From NCBI GenBank assembly GCA_050014195.1, contig JBEKDT010000008.1:128001-192000 (forward strand): a stretch of DNA of 64,000 nucleotides, given 5' to 3'. The translations under genes were made by a program, and so were the position numbers. Positions 58,248 through 64,000 of this stretch are shown one piece after another; position 1 is the first letter of the stretch; each line of letters starts with the position of its first letter. The notes below the pieces were generated by a model, which saw only the letters and a program-made list of their open reading frames with translations, did not search any database and was not told the origin of the DNA. The DNA comes from Desulfomonilia bacterium (GTDB lineage: Bacteria; Desulfobacterota; Desulfomonilia; UBA1062).

Positions 58248-58346
58248 TTTTGATAATCAAACGGTTTTCTCGAGCCCGCCTACTTGGGCTTTCTTTAAAA
58301 AATCCGTGACTGTAGCTGTTTTTTATTACCCTTCGAAGCTATGGGT

Positions 58347-60227
58347 TTATCCCCATTTTTCCCCAGCCTGTCTCTCCTGTGCTGTCAGCTCGGGATTGAC
58401 GGGCAACACACAGGCCTCGCCTTCGATCGGGGCAATGACCCTATCGCCCCAGATATCCTGGATACGCTCCTTTATCTTCAGAAGTTCGTTCCATCGCTTG
58501 AAGGTTCCGGCCATGACGATGATCATCATCGCCATGACAAGAATGGAAAGGATCGCCAGCAGATACAGCTTCTTTGGCAAATACACGGTTGTGATGTTCA
58601 GATAGCCCGCATACATCGTGATGAAGGCCAGAAAAATGCCGGGAGCCGCAGTCACCCAGGCGTATTTGGCCTTTCCCATACGGATCAGCATCGACGTGAC
58701 GATGATCAGGGCGCTTGATGCCAGCAGTTGGTTGCTCATGCCGAAGAGGGGCCAAATGGTCGAGATATTCCCCGTATACACCAGATAGCCCCAGGCAAAA
58801 CTGAACAGACCGCCGGTGATGATGATGCCCGGCACCCATTTCGTCTGGCTGAACTTGGGAATCACCTTGCCGAACATATCCTGCAGCAGGAATCTGCCCA
58901 CCCGCGTGCCCGCATCGACGGCCGTGAGAATAAAGACCGCTTCGAACATAATCGCGAAGTGATACCAGTACTTCATCAAATTTTTCATGAAGGGAATCGA
59001 GTCAAAAATATAGGCCATACCCACGGCCAGCGAGACGGCGCCGCCCGGTCTGCCCTGTATCTTTTCATGAACCTCTGCGGCCAATCGGTTGAGTTCGACA
59101 GTCGGCATGCCGAGTTTGGCAAAGGCGGCGGGTGCGGAATTAATGGCGAAATAGTCGGACGGGATAAGAACACAGGCGGCAATCAGGGCCATAATGGCAA
59201 CAAAGCCCTCCGTCAGCATGGCGCCGTAGCCCACGAACAGGATGTCCCGCTCGTTACTGATCATTTTCGGCGTGGTCCCCGTGGCAATGATGGCATGGAA
59301 TCCGGACAGCGCGCCGCAGGCAATGGTGATGAAGACGAAGGGGAACGCGCTGCCGGGGATGATCGGTCCGCCGCCGCCTACAAATTGCGTCAACGACGGC
59401 ATTTTAAGCTCGGGGTGAACAAATACGATGCCGACGGCTAGCGTGGTGATGGTCGCAATCTTCAGGTACGTCGAAAGATAGTCCCTCGGGGCAAGGAGGA
59501 ACCAAACCGGCAGAACGGAAGCAATCATGGCATATAGGGGAATGGCTATAGCGAGCTGCTGCTTGCTGAGTTTCAGCGCATGGGCAAGCGCCGAATTGGG
59601 TTCTATGGCCCCACCGGCATAGATAGCGACAGCCAGCAGCAAAACGCCGATAATACTGGCCGACTTCACATCGCCGGGTCTGATTTTGTACATCCATATG
59701 CCCATGAATATCGCGATGGGGATGGTATCGACAACGACGAAGAGTCCCCAGAAGCTCTCAAAGAGCGCATTCAAAACGGCGATCGAAAGACCGGCCAGGG
59801 TGAGGATGAGAATAAACAGAAAGGCAAATGATGCGACAATGCCGACGGTCTTGCCCACCTCGCTCTCGGCGATCCGGGCAAGGCTCTGTCCCTTATGGCG
59901 CGTCGAGGCGAAAAGCACGACCATGTCGTGGACGCCACCGCCCAGGACACAACCAATAATGATCCAGAGGGCGCCGGGAAGGAAGCCGAACTGCGCAGCC
60001 AGCACGGGACCGAGCAGCGGCCCTGCGGCGGCGATTGCGGCAAAGTGATGTCCGTACAGAACATACTTGTTGGTTTTCACATAGTCGATGCCATCCGCAC
60101 AGGTATCCGCCGGGGTGGGACGATCCGCTCGCAGGCCCAGCACCTTGTCCGCGATGAACAGCCCATAGAAGCGGTAGGCGATGGCAAATACACACAATGA
60201 AACAAACACCAGGGTAAGAGCATTCAT
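58347..60227 (-). CDS. cstA: Carbon starvation protein A family transporter
   Basis: GHHFAAIAAAGPLLGP, LLAPRDYLS, FITIACGALSGFH, GRPGGAVSLA, DAGTRVGR, IWPLFGMSNQLLA. Confidence 0.95.
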   Translation of the reverse strand: MNALTLVFVSLCVFAIAYRFYGLFIADKVLGLRADRPTPADTCADGIDYVKTNKYVLYGHHFAAIAAAGPLLGPVLAAQFGFLPGALWIIIGCVLGGGVHDMVVLFASTRHKGQSLARIAESEVGKTVGIVASFAFLFILILTLAGLSIAVLNALFESFWGLFVVVDTIPIAIFMGIWMYKIRPGDVKSASIIGVLLLAVAIYAGGAIEPNSALAHALKLSKQQLAIAIPLYAMIASVLPVWFLLAPRDYLSTYLKIATITTLAVGIVFVHPELKMPSLTQFVGGGGPIIPGSAFPFVFITIACGALSGFHAIIATGTTPKMISNERDILFVGYGAMLTEGFVAIMALIAACVLIPSDYFAINSAPAAFAKLGMPTVELNRLAAEVHEKIQGRPGGAVSLAVGMAYIFDSIPFMKNLMKYWYHFAIMFEAVFILTAVDAGTRVGRFLLQDMFGKVIPKFSQTKWVPGIIITGGLFSFAWGYLVYTGNISTIWPLFGMSNQLLASSALIIVTSMLIRMGKAKYAWVTAAPGIFLAFITMYAGYLNITTVYLPKKLYLLAILSILVMAMMIIVMAGTFKRWNELLKIKERIQDIWGDRVIAPIEGEACVLPVNPELTAQERQAGEKWG

Positions 60228-60733
60228 TTTCCAGAACCCCCCTTCCTTACATCAATCACATCCATGGTTGCAACATGCCTGAGATATCTGTCCGTGGTCT
60301 GCAGGGACGTATGCCCGAGGGTCTTCTGTATAATAGGCATGGGGGCCCCCTCCTTGGCAAGCTCCCAGGCGCACGTATGCCATAGACCATGGAAATGAAC
60401 CCGTTTTTGGATCTCTGAACGATCCTTGAGCCTCTTCATCAAGGATCTCACATACGCATCGCTCATGGGTTTACCATCCAAGGTGCAGAAGAGCGGGACC
60501 CTGCTGTCCAGTTTCAGTTTCTTTCTCTTGTCGAGCCACCTGTCCAGGGCAACACAGGCATCCATGGGAAGACCCACGGTGCGGGCTTTGTCTCCCTTGC
60601 CGTGCAAGATCCGGACAATGCCTTTGTCCGTTTTCACGTCCTTGGGGTAAAGAACAAGTGCCTTCGAGAGTCTGAGCCCCGCCCTATATCCGACATACAG
60701 TAACGCCCTATTCCTTAACGTATCAATGGTATC
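60224..60733 (-). pseudogene. Inactive tyrosine recombinase catalytic-domain fragment
   Basis: In-frame LRNRALL...AGLRLS, GKGDK, HGLWH (HxxR Arg replaced by Trp), LGH, RYL; upstream in-frame TAA and no canonical start before the first Arg. Confidence 0.8.
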
Positions 60734-60803
60734 TTAACACAAATTTAACCAAATTCTGCACACAACCTTAACTTATCAATTGTATCTGCACACAAACTTC
60801 ACC
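60733..60803 (+). promoter_or_regulatory. Three OmpR/PhoB-type direct-repeat boxes upstream of the porin
   Basis: CTTAACACAAATTTAACC, CTGCACACAACCTTAACT, CTGCACACAAACTTCACC; half-sites 11 bp apart in each. Confidence 0.55.
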
Positions 60804-60823
60804 AAAGTCCAAGGGAGGCATTA

Positions 60824-62059
60824 ATGAAAAAACTATTAGCTTGTTTGTTAACCGTATGTATAGTCTTTGTCTTGTCGGTTCCTGTCATGGCGGAAGAGAA
60901 CACATTAGAAAATCGTGTTCAGATCCTTGAGAACTTATTCGGAGGCTTGTCATTATACGGTAGCGCCCGTTATGACACATTCTATTTGAAATCTAACAGC
61001 AAGTTCACCACTGCCGGTGATACTGATTCAGTAACACAGTTGGTCTCCAAGACCCCGATTCTTACCGGACCGGATCAGAAAGAACTACAATATGGCCTGG
61101 CTGGCAACTCCCGCATCGGCATTGTAATGAATCGAGGAGAGGGTCTGGGAGGAAATGTCGAGCTTGCATTTAAAAATGATGGAAGTGTAACCCTAAGGAA
61201 GGGGTATGGTACGTACACCTTCGATGGAGTCACACTGCTCATCGGGCAGGACTACACCCCCCTTTCCGACTTTGCCTACAGCCCCAAATCCACCTGGAAC
61301 TACAGCAATCAGGTCTTCAATGGCGATAATGACATGGCCGGCTGGGGTATCATTGATGATCAGGATAAACGTGTTCCACAGATCAAGGTCAAATGGAACG
61401 GGCTCCAAGTGGCGCTTGTGGAGGACAGGTATGCGTCCTTTCCTGCCGGACTCAAGACTACTCCGACAGATGCCACGACTCAAGACGTTCTGCCTAAGCT
61501 CGAGGCAAGATACCGCTTGACCACGGACATGTGCTTCGGGGATATCTTCGGAGGCGTTAATTCTTATAAGGTAAAATCAGAGACCGATGATATCGACAAG
61601 ACCCTGACGAGCTATGCACTCGGTGTTGGCGGCGGCATCAATCTTGACCCTGCTTATGTAAGAGGAATGGTATGGACGGCGCGGAACGGCAAGCAGATGG
61701 GCCTGCATCAGGCAGATGCGGCAGGAGTAACATTCAACTCTATCCCTTCTACTAACAACCCGACCATCGCGGACGATGATTTGGGATGGGCCATAATTGC
61801 CGGCGTGAACATTCAGAAGGTGACTGTTGAGGCTGGTTACGGGTTTGTCTCTTCCAAAATGGATGAAAGCGGAGCAAAGAAAAATGAGGCTCAGAACTAT
61901 TATCTGAATGCCACCATCCCGGTCATACAGAATGCGGCAAAGACGGCGTCATTCATGATTGTCCCCGAGGTCGGCGTATACGATTACATGAAAAATGCAA
62001 GCGGTACTGATCAGGGTAAGGCACTCTATGCCGGTGCAAAATGGCAGGTGGATTTCTAA
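60824..62059 (+). CDS. Outer-membrane beta-barrel porin-like protein
   Basis: GGGAGG RBS, signal peptide (VMA-EE), short coiled coil, alternating beta strands, C-terminal WQVDF. Confidence 0.82.
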   Translation: MKKLLACLLTVCIVFVLSVPVMAEENTLENRVQILENLFGGLSLYGSARYDTFYLKSNSKFTTAGDTDSVTQLVSKTPILTGPDQKELQYGLAGNSRIGIVMNRGEGLGGNVELAFKNDGSVTLRKGYGTYTFDGVTLLIGQDYTPLSDFAYSPKSTWNYSNQVFNGDNDMAGWGIIDDQDKRVPQIKVKWNGLQVALVEDRYASFPAGLKTTPTDATTQDVLPKLEARYRLTTDMCFGDIFGGVNSYKVKSETDDIDKTLTSYALGVGGGINLDPAYVRGMVWTARNGKQMGLHQADAAGVTFNSIPSTNNPTIADDDLGWAIIAGVNIQKVTVEAGYGFVSSKMDESGAKKNEAQNYYLNATIPVIQNAAKTASFMIVPEVGVYDYMKNASGTDQGKALYAGAKWQVDF

Positions 62060-62119
62060 TAGGCCAGCCGTTGAGCTGCGAAAGATATTTTGTTCAGGCG
62101 TACTAATACTAAAACATTA

Positions 62120-62155
62120 AAAGGCACGGGATTTTTTTTAGATCTCCGTGCCTTT
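62120..62155. terminator. Probable bidirectional intrinsic terminator
   Basis: AAAGGCACGG...CCGTGCCTTT stem between convergent genes. Confidence 0.7.
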
Positions 62156-62205
62156 CAATTCTTCTTGAATCTGTATTGAAATAAAATGGTGACTCTCCTT
62201 TTGGA

Positions 62206-62532
62206 TTAAAGAGCTACATAGGGGTCGAAGTCGGATGATCCATCCAATTTCAGGTGTGAGCTCAGATCATCCAATAAGGTACGAGTAATCCCATTAACGT
62301 TCTTCAGCTCGTCGATTCCACTGAAGGGCCCATTTGAATCCCTATAGCTAACGATGTTCTCGGCAGTCTGTCTGTCAACGAACGGCAACATGCTCAGCTC
62401 CTGGGCTGTCGCAGTGTTGATATTTAATGCACCGCTCGTGATATCTCTGATACCGTTATCGCTCGCATATGCACTGAACCCTAAACCTAAAAGAATAACC
62501 GCCACTGCCGAAATATATTTTATGTTCTTCAT
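62206..62532 (-). CDS. comEA: ComEA-family helix-hairpin-helix DNA-binding protein
   Basis: Signal peptide, LNINTATAQELSMLP, IVSYRDSNGPFSGIDELKNVNGI; AGGAG RBS. Confidence 0.85.
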   Translation of the reverse strand: MKNIKYISAVAVILLGLGFSAYASDNGIRDITSGALNINTATAQELSMLPFVDRQTAENIVSYRDSNGPFSGIDELKNVNGITRTLLDDLSSHLKLDGSSDFDPYVAL

Positions 62533-62607
62533 GGCCTTCTCTCCTTTCTTAGCTTTATCAGCTGCCGTGCTAGTAGGGGATGCCAGACCCGTAGTCAAGG
62601 CCTTCAA

Positions 62608-62832
62608 TTATTTGGCCGGTACTTCTTTATTTTTATTATAGATTGTATGCATTGCCTCCCTCTTCTGCATGGGTGTCAAGTTACGCCCGACATTACATGA
62701 ACTGGCATTGAGTAACGGGAAGAATCCTGCATCATACCTCGTGGAAAAGGCCGCATCACATAGGCTCATCCTGCTTGGTACCATGCATGATAACAAACAG
62801 ATCCATGACCTGATCTTCGAAATCCTGCCTTT
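62608..62832 (+). pseudogene. Possible N-terminal fragment of an exported hydrolase-like gene
   Basis: Hydrophobic leader broken by in-frame TAG at 62639-62641, then ...YLVEKAASHRLILLGTMHDNKQIHDLIFEILP, cut off by the convergent gene. Confidence 0.35.
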
Positions 62833-64000
62833 TTATAGATCGAGAAGCTGTAGGTAAGTATTCTTCCCCTTCACGATGAGTGCAGCCACCTTGCCCGAGG
62901 AGAGCGTGATATCCGCGCAGTAGCTTTTCGGGTAGGTTGCCACAGTCGTTCCTTCGAATTCGTCACCCGAAGCGGTGTATACGATTATCTGTGTTGCTTC
63001 GAACATTAAAATTCTGGGCAGCCAGCGCGCTAAACCCCGATCATTCTCGAAGGTTATTATTTTTCCTCCGGCCACGACAATCCTTGGCTTCAGGTAATAT
63101 CTCATGGGTGGACTGATGGTGGTGTCTTCAATAAAGTCGGGAACGATACCTGCATCATGATCCGTCTTCTTCAGTATTGAACTGCCGCTATACACTGCGA
63201 GCTTGTTATCCTGGGTGAAGGAAAGTATCTCAGGCCCTTTTGGGCCGACCTCCGATGTTACTGCAGTGATCATATCAAGACCGTTGGGCAGTTGGGGGGA
63301 AGATCCGTCAAGCTGTTTTGCAGGCAGCCATCTATAAGATATGGAGCTCGTTTTGTCCGAATAGATCTCGGATACAACCAGTCCTTTGCCGAGAGGCACT
63401 ACGGCTTTGTCCCATCGGTCGAGGGTCTTCCCGTCCTTGATCTTGAATGACCTGAAATTATAATCCAGTTTTCCCAGGACAATAAGCGTGTCTTGATAGG
63501 GGTAGATCCTAAGGATCTCGATCTTTCCTGGTGTGTGCCATACGGGTGAAGGTTTCTCTCCCTTCAGCTCATAAACCGTGGTCGGGTCGCTTATGAATAT
63601 CCTTTCTCCGATCGAAGCTATGGAATTGGCGACAAAGGGAAGCTTCAGCTTTGCGCCCGTGACATTTCTCAGCACGTTTTCCTTCTGAGGCTCTGCCTTG
63701 TAAGGCACGACCTGGGCTTCCGGTGCAGCGATAAACATCGTTCCGATCATTTCATCTATTGTGCCGGACAGGTTGGCGGTGTCCTTCAGGTCCTTATGGA
63801 ATGCCTGCGGAGGAACCGTGTCGAGAACTGCATCATAGGAGATGACGTCTCCGAGCTTGATGATTGTGACATTGAGCTTTTTGTAGCTTTCGAGGTGAAC
63901 TCCCTTGGAGATGCATCGGGCAACAATGGTTTTTTCAATCCCTACCTTCAACGTTCCGAGATCCTGCGGGCCCGTGATGTCCACGCTGACATCCATGGCA
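62833..64000 (-). CDS. Hypothetical beta-rich protein, probably 5'-truncated by the window end
   Basis: Open frame of 387+ codons with host-like codon use; frame still open upstream of ATG 63996. Confidence 0.75.
   Translation of the reverse strand, partial: AMDVSVDITGPQDLGTLKVGIEKTIVARCISKGVHLESYKKLNVTIIKLGDVISYDAVLDTVPPQAFHKDLKDTANLSGTIDEMIGTMFIAAPEAQVVPYKAEPQKENVLRNVTGAKLKLPFVANSIASIGERIFISDPTTVYELKGEKPSPVWHTPGKIEILRIYPYQDTLIVLGKLDYNFRSFKIKDGKTLDRWDKAVVPLGKGLVVSEIYSDKTSSISYRWLPAKQLDGSSPQLPNGLDMITAVTSEVGPKGPEILSFTQDNKLAVYSGSSILKKTDHDAGIVPDFIEDTTISPPMRYYLKPRIVVAGGKIITFENDRGLARWLPRILMFEATQIIVYTASGDEFEGTTVATYPKSYCADITLSSGKVAALIVKGKNTYLQLLDL

Overview
Bacterial chromosome segment from a diderm organism, probably Desulfobacterota/deltaproteobacterial (inferred from gene style, not certain). 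1-25.3 kb is housekeeping DNA: a near-complete dcw cluster on the minus strand (mraZ to ftsZ, no ddl, with an extra 44-aa ORF between mraY and murD), a divergent orphan PAS histidine kinase, tolQRAB-pal-cpoB, glgP, pyk and tRNA-Leu(TAG). The tRNA is the target of a stack of integrated elements. Element 1 (25318-53831, bounded by an exact 53-bp direct repeat) looks like an integrative mobilizable element with integrase, excisionase, a MOBQ-type oriT and a TraA relaxase-helicase, but no T4SS. It carries a 1256-aa protein with a C-terminal PD-(D/E)XK motif, a secreted 2000-aa TcB/TcC-like RHS toxin with an NlpC/P60 tip plus immunity gene, two paralogous anti-SD small-RNA candidates, a hybrid kinase, a second tyrosine recombinase, an SDR/crotonase/AraC cluster and a RelE-HTH TA pair. 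Element 2 (53832-58247) is decayed and holds three uncharacterised genes. A relic of a third related element starts at 58248, followed by cstA, a dead recombinase, a porin with Pho-box-like repeats and comEA. The most unusual signals are two ~135-bp Xer/dif-like fold-back sites with the same geometry (after the RHS-immunity pair and upstream of the second recombinase) and the duplicated sRNA unit. All calls come from reading the sequence; no searches were run.
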